NCBI GenBank assembly: GCA_017654855.1
Contig: CM030336.1
Location: 124,001-188,000, forward strand
Source of the DNA: Podospora anserina
Taxonomy: Eukaryota
Direction: 5' to 3'
DNA: 64,000 nt
Positions 38,050 to 51,777 of this stretch are shown piece by piece. The position numbers and the translations under genes are program-made. Below the pieces are notes generated by a model, which worked only from the letters and a program-made list of their open reading frames with translations, did no database searches and was not told the DNA's origin. Position 1 is the first letter of the stretch, and every line of letters begins with the position of its first letter.

Positions 38050-39937
38050 TTTGGGGGGTGTGTGAAAGAGGGCAATGTGCTTTTGTCAGATGTCTGTCAC
38101 CCAGATTACCAAACTGTTGACACAGACGTCAGCAGTGGCATGTCTTGACACTGGACATACAAGCAAAGGTAACCAGATGGCACCCGGGGAAGGGAATCAG
38201 GAGGATATTATATGTAAATCCCATCGAGAATGATCAACCGGCCACGCGAACGATCCTGCAAGATATATACATTCCATCCAACCCCCTCACTCAACAATAG
38301 CAATAGGAGAGTTGGACTGACACCACCGAGCTTCCTCGGACAATGAAAAGGCGAACTGGTTGCACAACAATCACTACCGCCCCCAGGAATTACGCTGGTA
38401 GCTGCCGTGGCGACATTGTAAGATCTACATTCGGAAGATGGCAACCTGCAATGGCACGAGCCAATACTCGCACACACACATGTATATACAGTACCGCGGG
38501 AGGATGTCAGCCGGTACACCCACCTCATCTGCACGAACCATGCTCCAGATAGTGGGCATACTCAACCACGTGGTGAATGTGTATGTCAGAGATGCCCAAT
38601 CCCCCCTCATTTGCCTTGGTTTGTGACTTAGCGATAAAGCAAAACAGCACGAGTAAGATACATGCTCACCGTGTAACCTTATTCGCAAGGGAAATCTTGG
38701 GGGTAAAACCACAAAACAACATCGATGTCATGTCCACAGAGAAGCATGCACCCACTCGGACGCATTAAAGGATCAAACTGGATGACATTTACCAAAGTCT
38801 ATACAACAAAAACCGCCTCAATCTCCTTCTCTGGCTGTCAGATTTGGAGATTGGAGGTACCGGGAGTGTGTTTCCTGCCAAGAACATGGGGAAGACGGTT
38901 GCTGTTTATCTGACCTGAGAGTGCCGGCTTGGAAGCCAACATGCGTTATGCTGTTGGCTCTGAACTGTCCGCTCCATGTCCATTGGATTCACCCGTCGCA
39001 CGGCATGTTGTGTTTATGCATAGTTCTCGTCCAATGTTTCTGTAGGTACTCCGCTTTGGGACGGTCTCTTTTGATCTGTTGGCCGTTTATTTCAGAACTT
39101 GTTCTGGGTCAACGGACGTCCAGTATAGATACTAACATGATTCTGTACGACCAACGAGCTTGTGGAACCAACCCTAGTGCTCGAAATTGTGTTACTACCT
39201 AGGTAGATCGGTGTTTAATGCGAGGAGTTGGGTTCTGTTCGAGAACTGACATGGTTTATATTGGCCACGACTTCAGTAACGGGCAGCTTATCTTCCGCGC
39301 AAATCTCTACGAAGCTGGTTTCGTAAAAACACTAGCACATACTGCACATAGAGCTGTACAACAACGTGGCTCGGAAATTCAATTCAGGCAGTCCGAACCG
39401 GCCTGAGAAATCCCTTTGTGTGTCTGCGATGTACCTCAAGTCACCAAAGAGCAAAAAAGGGCGTGTCTAACCCGCTCTATCAGGCTCAAACATTTCCTTG
39501 GTTCGTCATGTTGTGTAACCCCAACATAAAAAAACATCAACGGTCAGATCCAATCGGCGGCTATTAGAACGGCCGAATGGCCCGTCCCCCTCTTGCAGAC
39601 GCCTTCGGTAGACGCTCAGGGACACCTGGCCAGAGAGTCTCGGGCAAACACGGTACTGTGTTGATAAATCACGAACTGCGTGGATTTGAGGTGTTCCAGA
39701 GAATTGTTTTTTAGCATGATAGGATTCATGACTGCATTGAGCCGTCAAAAATCTTGTTATCAGCGATGAAACATCACCGAAGAAGGGGGGCAGATTAAAA
39801 GTTAGGAATTAAACCGGCATATAGACTCGGGATCAGGTGTGCAATGTGCAAGACTCCATCCGAGGGTATATATCTATATTTACACATGAACCACCCAAAA
39901 TCTCTTCCTGGGGGTATCCCGCTCAAAGTAGCAGGCC

Positions 39938-41548
39938 TTAGGCAAGGAACATGAGGGCCCACCCAGCCACTGCAGCAGCCAAAAGACCAGTGGCGGCACC
40001 GGTCACACCGGCGCCGCTGGTGTCGTCCCGGAACTCTTCAGCGGTCGTCTGCTCGCAGATGCCCGAGTCCTTGAGCGCATCGGCGGGGACATAGACCTTG
40101 GGAACGCCGTTGTTCATCTTCATGTCGATAGTGCCCGACATGCCAGCCTGGTTGGACTGGCAGGTGAGGACCTCAACGACCTTCTGATCGGCCTGGAAGC
40201 CGCCAACGGTGAGCGTATGTTTGCCGCCCTTGGAGCTGTTGTTGGTGATGCAGTACACGATCTGACTGCCGTAGGAGCCCTTCTTGGTGCAAAAGTAGTT
40301 GTCGTTGGCCTTAAGGATCTCGGAGGCGGTGTTGACATAGTCCTTGTCGAGCTTGATGATGTGGTTGCGCACCTTGTTGAGCGTGGCGGTGAGCTTGTAC
40401 AGGGGCGACTCCTTGTCATAGCCGGACTGCCAGAGAGGCTCACGGTTGTGAGGAGTCTCGAAGCCGTTAAAGTGCTGCTCCTGGCCCTGGTACACGGTGG
40501 GAACGCCGTCGTTGAGGATAACGTAGGTCATGGCGTTCTTGGCAATGGCCATGTCGCTGTTCTTGTTGGCGAAACGGGGCATGTCGTGGTTCTCGACAAA
40601 GGTGCCCAAGGCAAAGGTGTCGTTGCAGTTGTTGATGGCCTGCTTCTTGATCTGGGCGAGCTTCTCGAAAGAGCCGCCGTTGAAGCCCTCGATGAGCTTG
40701 TAGTAGTCGAGATAGTTGGGCATGCCGGGCAGGAGGTCCAGAGTCTGGTAGCGGCAGAAGTCCTCGGTCTCGCCCGTCAAAACCTCGCCCCAGGCAAACA
40801 CACCCGAAGACTTGACAAAGCCGGGCAAGAACTCGTCGTTGACGTGCTTGGCGGCGTCGATGCGGAGACCGTCAATGGAATAGTTGCTGACAAGACCCTT
40901 GATCCAGCTGTTCATCTCCTTGATCACGAATTCGTTGCGGGTGTCGAGATCGGCAAGGGCAACGCCATAGGGGTAGAGCCAGCAGTCTTGGTATTCGGTG
41001 GCGTTCAACCAGCCCTCCTCGGTGACGTTGCAGTAGGGATGGAAGTACTTCTCGTCGTTGAAGGGGTTGAACTTGGAGTAATCGACCTTGGGAGGGGGGT
41101 TGTTGTCGAACTTTTGGGCCATGTGGTTGACGACAACATCGGCCATGAGGTAGATGTCGCGCTTCTTGAGCTCGGCCACCAGATCCTTGAAGTCCTTCTC
41201 GGTGCCAAACTTGTCGTTGAGGGCATACAGATCGGTGGTCCAGTAGCCGTGATAGGGGTCACCGGCGGCTGTGTGCTCCTCCATGTTCTTGTTGATGGGG
41301 CTGATCTGGATGGCCGTGAAGCCCATGTCTTGGATGTAGTCGAGCTTGTTGATCAAGCCTCTCCAGGTGCCACCGCAGAACTCGTGGGCCTCACACTCGT
41401 GGTCGATGGAGCCATCGGTGCGGGCATAACGGTCAATCATGACCTGGTAGACGGATCGTGTCTTCCATTCCTCAGCGTCGGCAGCAAGGCCGAGGCCAGA
41501 GAAGGCCAGACTGGCAACGCCAGCCAGGCTCAAGAGTGAAGCTCGCAT
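39938..41548 (-). CDS. GH13 alpha-amylase-like protein, probably GPI-anchored (AmyD/AgtA-like)
   Basis: Signal peptide MRASLLSL; conserved regions DVVVNH, DGLRIDAAKH, GEV, FVENHD; hydrophobic C-terminal tail. Confidence 0.93.
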   Translation of the reverse strand: MRASLLSLAGVASLAFSGLGLAADAEEWKTRSVYQVMIDRYARTDGSIDHECEAHEFCGGTWRGLINKLDYIQDMGFTAIQISPINKNMEEHTAAGDPYHGYWTTDLYALNDKFGTEKDFKDLVAELKKRDIYLMADVVVNHMAQKFDNNPPPKVDYSKFNPFNDEKYFHPYCNVTEEGWLNATEYQDCWLYPYGVALADLDTRNEFVIKEMNSWIKGLVSNYSIDGLRIDAAKHVNDEFLPGFVKSSGVFAWGEVLTGETEDFCRYQTLDLLPGMPNYLDYYKLIEGFNGGSFEKLAQIKKQAINNCNDTFALGTFVENHDMPRFANKNSDMAIAKNAMTYVILNDGVPTVYQGQEQHFNGFETPHNREPLWQSGYDKESPLYKLTATLNKVRNHIIKLDKDYVNTASEILKANDNYFCTKKGSYGSQIVYCITNNSSKGGKHTLTVGGFQADQKVVEVLTCQSNQAGMSGTIDMKMNNGVPKVYVPADALKDSGICEQTTAEEFRDDTSGAGVTGAATGLLAAAVAGWALMFLA

Positions 41549-44002
41549 GGTGGGTGTCTTGCTGTCAAGCAGAAGCTGAGAATATCCCAAAATAGGAAAG
41601 CGACGATACTTGTAAGACGGGCAGTGAAAAGCTGGTTCGGATGCACCGGTGTCTTCGGCCCAATATTTTTTTCTTCCTCCTTCCTTGTTATTTATGCTTA
41701 GTGAGTGACTCGGGTCAGATACCCCCTTCTTTCTTCGTCTTCTTGCTTTTCGTCCTAACACATTGGGGCCGAAAGGCAAAAAAAAAAAAAAAGAGTGTGA
41801 ATACGCCTAAGACGGCGTTTTTGGGAATGTGTGTATAAAGCGAATGTAGGGAATAAACAACCGTTGAGGTGTCAAAGATGACTGGCGTCAGGTTGGACAG
41901 ACTCTGGGGAAAATAAAAGGGGGGGGCCCGGGGGGAGGGAACACCGCGTCCCTACAGGACGCTACGGACACGCTTTTCGACCCGACACCACTGTGCTGGG
42001 CATGTCGGGAGGGCCCCGGGGACACCGGCCAGTGGTTGACATTGGGGAGAAGGGGGCGGGGGGGGTGTGTTCATGGGGTGTCCATGCAACGGGACGAGAT
42101 GAGAGATGAGGAGATGAGCCTACCAGCCAAGACAGTCCAAGAAGAGGCTGGACACTGTGCATTGCTTGCGAGAATGAGGAACCAGTAGGGGACCCCTGCC
42201 ACGCCGACTCGTGTCAGTCGAATGTTGACCCATCCGGTCTCCGCTTTGAACTGCAGGCTTTTTCTTGGACTGAAATTAGGGGCGTTTCTGTTTTTCTCAT
42301 GTAACGGTTCTGCCGGCGGCAGTGTTGCAGTAAGGCATCCGTACCTACTAACTAACATGACTTCCAAGTTCTATCTACCCTACACATCTATGGTCGGGAT
42401 GAGCTTCCGAGTCGTGCGGTGTTGAAGAGGCACAGAGGGTTAAGTGATCCTGCCGTTGAGCCAAGCCGTTGTCGGGTGTTAGTGTATGCCAGATGGCAGA
42501 CCTGCTTGCCAGGCGGGATGGGGGATGCCAGCGCGCGCGCGCCGCGGTGTGGCGTCGAATGGCGGAACATTGGCCAGGTAGGTACCGGTAAGCGAAGGGG
42601 TGTGGACCTTTTGTTCATTCTTGGCGCACCACTCTTTTCAGGAACTCGAAGCCGCCGACCGAAACATCTTCTCCAGAAAAAAAAGGAGCACCAGCAGCAG
42701 AAGCAGAAACACGAAGGCCACTAACAGCTGGCTCCATCCCGGTCATTTCGTCGTTTCGGCCTGTCAGTGTCAGCAACACAAGAGACATCCACGACATCCT
42801 TCTCTTCCAGTGAGTGCCATCAACCCAAGGCAATGCTCCAGAACGACACCAAAGCAGCAGGGACTTTTCTTGTCGTCGCGCTGGGCAGTCGACAGAGGCC
42901 ATGGCAAGGCGCGAACCAGCACGCAAAGAATTCTTCTTTTCCGCCTTCCGAAGCCCGATCGAGCGGGTCGCATCGAATCTACCGCGGTACCTCCTCTGCG
43001 ATCCCTGTCTGCGCACGCTCGTATCGAATCAAGCTGCCAGGGCCCAATGGTCACAGTGCGCTGGACATGGAGGGTCGGAGGCGACAAACCAGGGCACTCT
43101 CCACCCTGCCGACACAGGTTTTGCACCATGAACCTCGACAAGCCTCAAGCTTCCAGTCTAACCCGCCTTATCGCCCGTCCCAAGAAAAGGGGCAGCAGTG
43201 CACCGTCGCACCGGCCAAGGCCTGGATAAGGGAAAATTGGGAAAGGCACCAGGTACCTGTTGCATTCATCCACATCCGCCCACCAGCCTCCTCTGCCTTG
43301 CCGGGTTCTTCATGTTGAGAACTTGTGTTTTGTTTTGGCCTTCATGTTCATCTCACCGTCTCACGGGGGCCATGCCGGCATTTTCTTTCCTTCGACGGCC
43401 TTCCAAGGAGATGGCCGAGGGTCCGCGAAATGATGTCGATGCCGTCGAGATGAAGTGGGAAAAGGAGAGCTGATGAGCCAACGAGCGAACATGCCGAAAG
43501 TGATAATTCCTATCAAAAGCAACTGATAGGCCGAGTGGTCTCGGCGCGGCTCCGCTTATCTGCGCTCCGGTATTCATCCGCGCGAGGGTGGCCAACGCGA
43601 GCTGGGGAGGTGTGGCAGCTGTGATGCTCCCACGCCCAGCATCCAGATCTCCACTTGGAAGGTCTGACCACGGGTTTCCATGCCCCCTTTTCCCGCCTCT
43701 CTCTCTCTGTGACCGGATGGGGCTTCGTCGTGTCGTGGAGTTCACACCTAGGGCTGGCTGGCCTGTCCAACGTGTCTCGTCCGTCCGGGGGTCGGGAGGG
43801 GGGGGGGAGGCTTCGATAGCGCGCATCTTTTTCCCTTTCTAATCTGTTGGTGGTTGCCATCATCGTCCTTCTTTGTATTGTTGTGTTTTCGAAAGTCGTA
43901 CTGCTGAATTTTTGTCTTGTCTTGTCTTTTGTTTTTTATTTGGCATTGTCTCTCGTTTCCAAACCTACTGTCGCTCCCAATGAGAGGCGAGCGACGGTCA
44001 AC

Positions 44003-47000
44003 ATGATCCGCCCTCCGTTCTTTTCGAATGCCCTACTCGTCACCCTCCTTACGGCCACCACACTCGTTCAAGGCCTCAGATACGACAAAGATGAAGAGAA
44101 CTGGAACCTCAACACGAAGAAGTCGGCCAAGACGCCGCTCGAATATGACTACGATGTCTCTCTACGACCAGAAAACTACACCTACATGGAGTCCCCCACA
44201 AACTGGCGGATGCCCGTATACACTCTCTTTTTAGATCGATGGGTCAATGGCGACCCGAACAATGACGACATCAACGGCACCCTCTACGAGACCGACATGA
44301 TGAGCACGCAGCTACGCTTTGGAGGAGATCTCGAAGGACTGAGGGACTCTCTCGACTACATTGCTGGCATGGGTGCCAAGGTATGCTGAACGGCGGGGGG
44401 GGGGTTCGACCATCAAAGAAGAGAGGGCAGAGGGTGCTGACAGACGACAGGCCATTTACATTGCTGGGTCTCCCTTCATCAACTTGCCATGGGGTGCCGA
44501 CTCCTACTCGGTATGTGCAACTAGAGCTCACCTATCTTGGGTGTGGTGGTAGTGGAAGATGTACTGACCGAGGCCATGCCAGCCCATCGACTTGACTATG
44601 CTTGATAAGCACTTTGGACACATCCGTGAGTGGCAGGAGGTTATCCATGAAATTCACGAGCGCAACATGTGGGTTATCATCGATAACACCATGGCTACGT
44701 AAGTTTGCTTCCGGTATGTGGTTCCGCTGAGGTGGTGCAAAATCTGACATGTCTCTCCCGGGCAGCATGAGTGATCTGATTGGTTTCGAGGGCTTCCTCA
44801 ACGAGACGACGCCTTTCCGGACCGAAGAACACAAGGTTCTGTGGAAGTCTGATCGTGTGTACCCCGACTTCTCCATCGGTAACGAGTACAACGAAACATG
44901 TGACTACCCCGAATTCTGGTACGAGGACGGCAAGCGCATCAAGCCGCCAGGACTCAAGGGCTGCTACAACAGTGACTTTGACCAGTATGGTGATATCGAA
45001 GCCTTCGGTGTGTTTCCCGATTGGCAGCGTCAGCTGGCCAAGTTCGCCTCGGTGCAGGATCGTCTCCGCGACTGGCATCCTTCTGTGGCCGCCCGTATTG
45101 AACACTTTTCTTGCATGGCCGTGAGGGCGCTGGACATTGACGCTTTCCGTATCGACAAGGCCGTCCAGGTCACGGTGGACGCCCAGGCTTCCTTCAGCTC
45201 TGCGATGCGCAAGTGTGCCACCGAAATTGGCAAGACCAACTTTGCCGTCTTTGGTGAAATCACGAGCGGCAACACGCTTGGATCCATTTACATTGGCCGT
45301 GGCCGCGAGCCCGGGGCGGCCGAGAACTTGCATCCCGAAAAGGCCATGAACATGGACTCGGACTGGAAGAACAACCAGGACCTTTTTGTCCGGGAGCCCG
45401 GCAACAGTGCCCTCGACGGCGGTGCTTTCCACTACTCCATCTACCGTTCCATGACGCGTTTCCTCGGCCTCAGTGGCCATCTCCAGGCCGGTTTCGACTT
45501 GTCTGTCGACTGGGTCATGACCTGGCACGAGATGCTCAAGACCAACGACATGTACAATGCCAACACGGGCAAGTTCGACCCTCGCCATCTCTACGGTGCC
45601 ACCAATCAGGATGTGTTCCGTTGGCCGTCGGTTGTTCAGGGCATGGAGCGTCAGTTGCTCGCCTATTTCATCATCACGTTTGTGCTCCCCGGCGCGCCCA
45701 TCATCTACTACGGCGAGGAGCAGGCGCTCTACGCCCTCGATGGTACGGCTGCCAACTACGTTTTCGGTCGCCAGGCGATGGCCCCCTCGCCAGCGTGGAA
45801 GGCACACGGGTGCTTCCAGCTCAACGTCACGCAGTACATTGGCTGGCCCGTCGAGAAGGGCCGTCTCGGCTGCCAGGACGACGGCGTTGCTCGTGACCAC
45901 CGCGATCCTGCGGCCCAACTGCGGAACACCTTCAAGCACATGTTTGCCATCCGCGATCACCTTCGCAGCATCGATCATGGCTGGTACCTCAAGACTCTCG
46001 CCAAGCAAACCGAGGAGATTTGGCTGGATCGTAGCACAAACTTCACCGAGACTGGTATCTGGAGCGTTGGCCGGGGGACCTCCAACACGCAACTTGAGGA
46101 CGAAGAGCCTGTGTGGCTAATCTACAGCAACCGCAACAAGACCCATACCTACGAATTTGACTGCAGCAACCCCGATACCTTCAACAAGGGTGCCTTCATC
46201 GCTCCCTTTGACGCTGGCACCAAGATTCGGGATGTCTTTGAGGACGGACCTGAGATCACTCTCGAGGCTTCTCCTGTCAAGAACGAGTTCGACAACAGCA
46301 CCAAGAATGCGGGCTGTCTCAGCAAGATTGTCATGCCCCCTTATGGCTTCAAGATGTATGTGCTCAAGGACAGCTGGCTCGAGCCGGCCCCCATGATCAC
46401 CAAGTTTGAACCTGGTCATGACATGTCCATCGATTCCACCGGCAAGGGCGGCGTGATCCCGATTCGCCTCGAGTTCAACCACGAGATGGACTGCGACTCT
46501 GTCAAGAAATCGACCACCGCCGTCCTCACGGTGGACCACTCGGGCATAGCCAACCCCAAGAAGCTCGACATCACCTGGGACAACAATGCCTGTGGAACGT
46601 TTACCCCCTCCGAGAAGAGCGAGTACATCGGGTCGATCGAGTCAACTTGGAAGATCACTGGAAAGCTCACCAATGTCCAAGACGGCATCATCAAGCTGTC
46701 CGTCAGGAACGCTACTAGAGAGGACGGATCTGCCAGCACCAATGCCAATGATCATTTCTTGATCCGGTTTGGGGCGCCAAACAACCCGGTCGTGTTTCCA
46801 TCGTCGGCCAACTACTCCCGCACCCTCTTGCACTTTGACGGAAACAGGATGGCCATCAATCACAGCGCCGCGGGCGCTACGCACTTCAGGTTCAGCACCG
46901 ACTTCGGTTCCCTCTGGAGCGAGTGGTTCCCGTACGACGCCGAAAAGACATACCAAGAAGTCGACGCCATGTACCGAGACAACACTCTCTGGACAGGTAC

Positions 47001-50000
47001 GGAGCTGCAGAAGTGGGAGGGCAAGCACCTGCAGGTCCAGTACTTCAGCAAGCCCCTCGGCTCGTCCGGCTTCATCCAGCACGCCGACAGCAACGACATC
47101 ACCTTTGAGCGCCATGTCCCACACATTCGAATCCACGGTCCGTACAACAAGTGGGGCTATGATGCCGGCTTGCCCGGCTCCATGGACTTGGTTCACCACC
47201 ACACCTGGGAGCTGCACTACATGTATGAGTGGCCGGCCGAGTTCCAGCTGAACGTTTGGGGTATCAATCCCGACAACCAGCCCGATGTCGGCTTCATCTA
47301 CGGTGACATTGACAACGACGGCATCGTCGACCGTCTTCCCCCGAGCAGTCTGGCCAGAAACGTCATCAACATCACCGAGGCCCCCCCCCTGCCGCAGCTC
47401 GCCTACAAGCTCGTCTACAACGACGCCACGTGGAGATTCGAGTACATTCCCACTGGTCACATTGGCATCCAGGTGGTTCTCTTCATCCTCCTTGCCATCA
47501 TTCCCGTCTTGCTCGCCGTGCTTGCAGGCTGGATCTACATGCACAGCTTCTACCAGGTCAAGATCAACAAGTCCGGCTTCAGCTCCAAGGGCTGGGTCCC
47601 GCTCAAGCTTGGCAACCTGTCCAAGCTTGACTTCCGGAATCTTGGCAAGGGTGGTGTCGAGATGAGCCCCATGCCTCCCCCGCCTCCCAGCGCTGCCTTG
47701 GTTCCTTTTGGTAGCGGCGGTGGTCAGAGGACCGTCTTGATCGCGACCATGGAGTACAACATTGACGACTTTGGCATCAAGATCAAGATTGGTGGTCTCG
47801 GTGTGATGGCTCAGCTCATGGGTTCTGCCCTGAAGCACATGAACCTCATCTGGGTCATTCCGGTCGTCGGCGATGTCACGTATCCCTTTGACAGCATGCA
47901 GGCCGCCGAGCCCATGTACGTCCAGGTCATGGGCCAGCCGTACGAGATTGAGGTCTACTACTATACTGTCAACAACATCACCTACGTCCTCCTGGACGCC
48001 CCCATCTTCCGCAAGCAGACCAAGGCCAACCCCTACATCGCGCGCATGGACGACATTGAGTCGGCCATCCTGTATGCCGCCTGGAACTCCTGCATTGCCG
48101 AAACCATCCGCCGGTTCCCCGTCGACATCTACCACATCAACGACTACCACGGTGCCGCCGCCCCTCTGTATCTCCTTCCCCAGACCATCCCCTGCTGTCT
48201 CTCGCTCCACAACGCCGAGTTCCAAGGTATGTGGCCTATGCGCACACCTGAGGAGCAGAAGGAAGTCTGCGAGGTCTTCAACCTCCCCCCGGAGGTGGTC
48301 AGAGACTATGTCCAGTATGGTTCCGTGTTTAACCTGCTCCACGCCGGTGCGAGTTACCTCCGTATCCACCAACGTGGCTTCGGTGCCGTCGGTGTGTCCC
48401 GAAAATACGGTGACCGTTCTCTGGCCCGCTACCCTATCTTCTGGAGTTTGAAGAACATTGGCCAGCTGCCCAACCCCGACCCCTCGGACACTGCCGACTG
48501 GGACCCGAACGAGGATATCTCGAACCAGTCGAAGGAGATCGAGATTGACCAGAGCTTTGAGGAGAAGAGAGGCGACCTCCGCCGTCAGGCCCAAGAGTGG
48601 GCTGGCCTTGAAGTGGACCCCACAGCCGAGCTCTTCGTCTTCGTCGGGCGTTGGAGTTTGCAGAAGGGTGTCGATTTGATTGCTGACATTTTCCCCAGCA
48701 TTTTGGAGAAGTACCCCAAGACGCAGCTCATTTGCGTCGGCCCCGTCATTGATCTGTACGGCCGTTTTGCGGCCCTCAAGTTGGAAAAGCTGATGAAGAA
48801 GTACCCCAAGAGGGTCTACAGCAAGCCCGAGTTCACCCAACTCCCGCCATACATCTTCAGCGGTGCCGAGTTCGCCCTGATTCCGTCTCGTGATGAACCT
48901 TTCGGCCTGGTTGCCGTCGAGTTCGGAAGAAAGGGTGCGCTCGGTGTCGGTGCTCGTGTTGGTGGTCTTGGTCAGATGCCCGGTTTCTGGTACACTGTCG
49001 AGTCCATGACCCCCTCCCATTTGCTCCAGCAGTTCAGGCAGGCTATTGTCTCGGCTCTGGATTGCAAGTAAGTTGGCCACAGCGTTCCTGCTTTTGCTAA
49101 CGAACACGACTGACACACCTGATACTTTGCAGACACAACAAGCGTCAAATGATGAGAGCGTGGAGTGCGAAGCAGCGTTTCCCCGTCGCCCAGTGGCTCA
49201 AGCAGCTGGACGAGCTCTACAGCGAGTCCATCCGCATCCACCAAAAGGAGGCCAAGAAGAAGAAGTTTGATGCGCTCAGCCCCAGCCCCATGGGGACCAG
49301 GCCATCGTCTCGCGCCAGCAACATCTCGAACACTTACGTGGATCCAACCGGCGGCGCTCACACTCCAGGAATCACCCCCAGCCCAAGTCCGGGGCCAGAA
49401 CAAGGCCTCATGACGCCAAGACTGGCTTCTCCAGAAGCCCTGCCCACGCCCACGGCGCCATGGGCAGGTGGTATGAAGTCCAACTCGCCTCGTGAATCGG
49501 TTGCCAGCTCCATCAATGGAAACACACTGTACGCCAATCCCGCGGCCCAAAGTAGTACTGTCAGCGTTGACAGTTTCGCAATCAGGGCCCAGAAAGACGG
49601 CATGCACTCCCCAGGACTCGCCCCATCGGACAACGGACTCAGCCTCCCCCGGCCGGCCTTTGGAAATGCCAACCGCAATAGCAGTCTTCTCAGTCTTCCC
49701 GATGTCGTCGGTGACAGGCAAGACTTCAAGCTGCAGCAGGTGGACCAGTTCTTCAACGACACCAACGGAGAGTACTATGCCGAGTTCGAAGACATGCTCG
49801 AGACGTTGAGCGCCGGCAACTCGACCAACGAGCTGTGCATCGAAACATTCCTCAAGAGAAGCGAAAAGGAGTGGTTCGCGAGATATCGTGACGCCAAGCT
49901 TGGGCGGTATAGAGAATCCCATATCGGCAGCCCTGGCAGCCGGCCCGAGTCGAGAAACGGTCTTGGTGGACGAAACGAGTCAGTTGTCAGCCGTGGACGT

Positions 50001-51513
50001 CAACGACACCGCAGCATGACCCCCAGCGGTCTGGCCAGGTCCGTCTTCGAGACCTCCCCACCAGGCAATGGCGGCGGCGGCGGCGGCATGGTGGACGATG
50101 AGTTCCTGTTGGGCGATGGTTACAGAGCACCAACAGGTCTCAAGAGGTATGGACACACACCCTCCGTCTGGAGAACATGAATAACAATACTAACCTTCCT
50201 TGTTGTGCAGAATCATGTCTATTCGCATCGGTGACTGGCCCATCTACTCGTTCTTCCTCGCCCTCCAGCAAGTCATTTCCGTCAGCTCGTACCAGATTGT
50301 CCTCCTCACAGGCGAAACCAACCAAACGCCAGAAAAGCTCTACATGGTCGCCGCTACCTACATGGCCACGTCGTTGATCTGGTGGGCACTCGAGAGAAAC
50401 TTCAAGTCTGTCTACTCGCTCTCGGCCCCGTGGTTCTTTTACGGTCTCGCCTTCATGTTGATTGGCATTTCGCCCCTGCTTTCCGACTGGCGCGTGTCCA
50501 ACAAGCTCGAGGAAGCTGCCACCTGCTTCTATGCCGCTGGCGCCAGCTCCGGTGCCCTGTCCTTTGCGCTCAACTTTGGTGACGAAGGTGGCGCGCCTAC
50601 CAAGCAGTGGATCACTCGTGCCCTCGTGGTGTCGGGCTTTGCGCAGGTGTTCAGCATTGGTCTCTGGTACTGGGGCTCCATTGTCTCAACTCTGGATCCC
50701 ACATCCACTATCTTTGTCGGCACTTCCAAGGTCCCCCAAGCCATCGTCGTCGGCATTCCCATCTGCCTGCTCATGTGGGCCATTGGTGCCATGCTTTATG
50801 TTGGTCTCCCTGACTTTTACCGGCAATCTCCGGCGAGCATTCCCGGTTTCTGGATCTCGCTTTGGCGCCGCAAGGTCGTCCCCTGGTTCTTTGTCATGAT
50901 CATCATCCAAAACTACTGGCTGTCGGCTCCCTATGGCCGCAGCTGGCAGTTCCTGTTCAACACGCAGCACGTTCCCGGCTGGGGTATCTTCTTGCTTGCC
51001 TTGGGCTTCTACGTCGGCCTTTGGGCCCTCGTCTTGTGGGGCTTCTCTCATTTCAGCGAGGAGCACACCTGGCTCCTGCCCATCTTCGCCATCGGCCTCT
51101 GCGCACCACGGTGGGCGCAGGAGTTCTGGGGCACATCCGGCATCGGCTGGTACCTCCCGTGGGCTGGTGGCCCTGTCGGCTCAGCCATTCTTTCCCGCTG
51201 CCTGTGGCTCTGGTTGGGTCTCTTGGACAACATCCAGGGCGTCGGGTTGGGCATGTTGCTGCTGGCCACGCTGACCAGACAGCACGTCCTGACCGTCTTG
51301 GTGGGCGCCCAGGTCATCGGCAGTGCTTTCACCATGCTGGCGCGGGCGACCAGTCCCAACGCACTCTCGCCCAACACCACGTTCCCTGACTTCAGCCAGG
51401 GCATCATGCCTGGAGCAGCCAGTCCTTACTTCTGGGTGTGTCTGGGATTCCAGCTGATCATCCCCTTTGGGTTCTTCAAGTTCTTCAGGAAGGAGCAGGT
51501 CGAGAAGCCCTAA
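44003..51513 (+). CDS. ags1: Alpha-1,3-glucan synthase (about 2390 aa; GH13_22 + GT5 + multipass TM)
   Basis: Signal peptide; NWRMPVYTLFLDRWVNGDP, DAFRIDKAVQ, KIGGLG, PSRDEPFGLVAVEFGRKG, C-terminal FFRKEQVEKP; introns 44381-44450, 44511-44582, 44699-44765, 49068-49132, 50147-50210 keep frame. Confidence 0.97.
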
Positions 51514-51755
51514 AGGTTTTGCTATACTACCTTTATCGTAATGCCTATTGTGCGTCTTGTTGCTGTTGCAGCCATGTTGGTGTTTTATGTCGGGTTGGCG
51601 GGCGGGCCGGCGTGCAAGGAAGACTTTGTTTTTTGGTTTTCATTTTCTCACTCTCCATGACGAAAGGGTAATAGACGGAAACGGATTCCAATGTCAAAGA
51701 AACTTATGGGAGGTTGGAAATGGGTTTCCAGCTGGGAAAAAGTACATGATGACAT

Positions 51756-51777
51756 ACACACACACACACACACACAC
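51756..51777. repeat. (AC)n microsatellite, about 11 units
   Basis: Direct reading downstream of the ags stop codon. Confidence 0.9.

Noticed and set aside
40217-41539. Long antisense ORFs over the amylase (440 aa), and likewise over ags (824 aa, 465 aa), the lipase and OPT
   Set aside because: These are shadow ORFs expected from strong C-ending codon bias on the coding strand; they show no recognisable motifs.
41549-44002. In-frame upstream extensions of the amylase and ags ORFs and small ORFs between them
   Set aside because: Non-ATG starts in pyrimidine- or purine-rich UTR-like sequence; signal peptides begin at the downstream ATGs. I saw no clear RlmA/MADS box.
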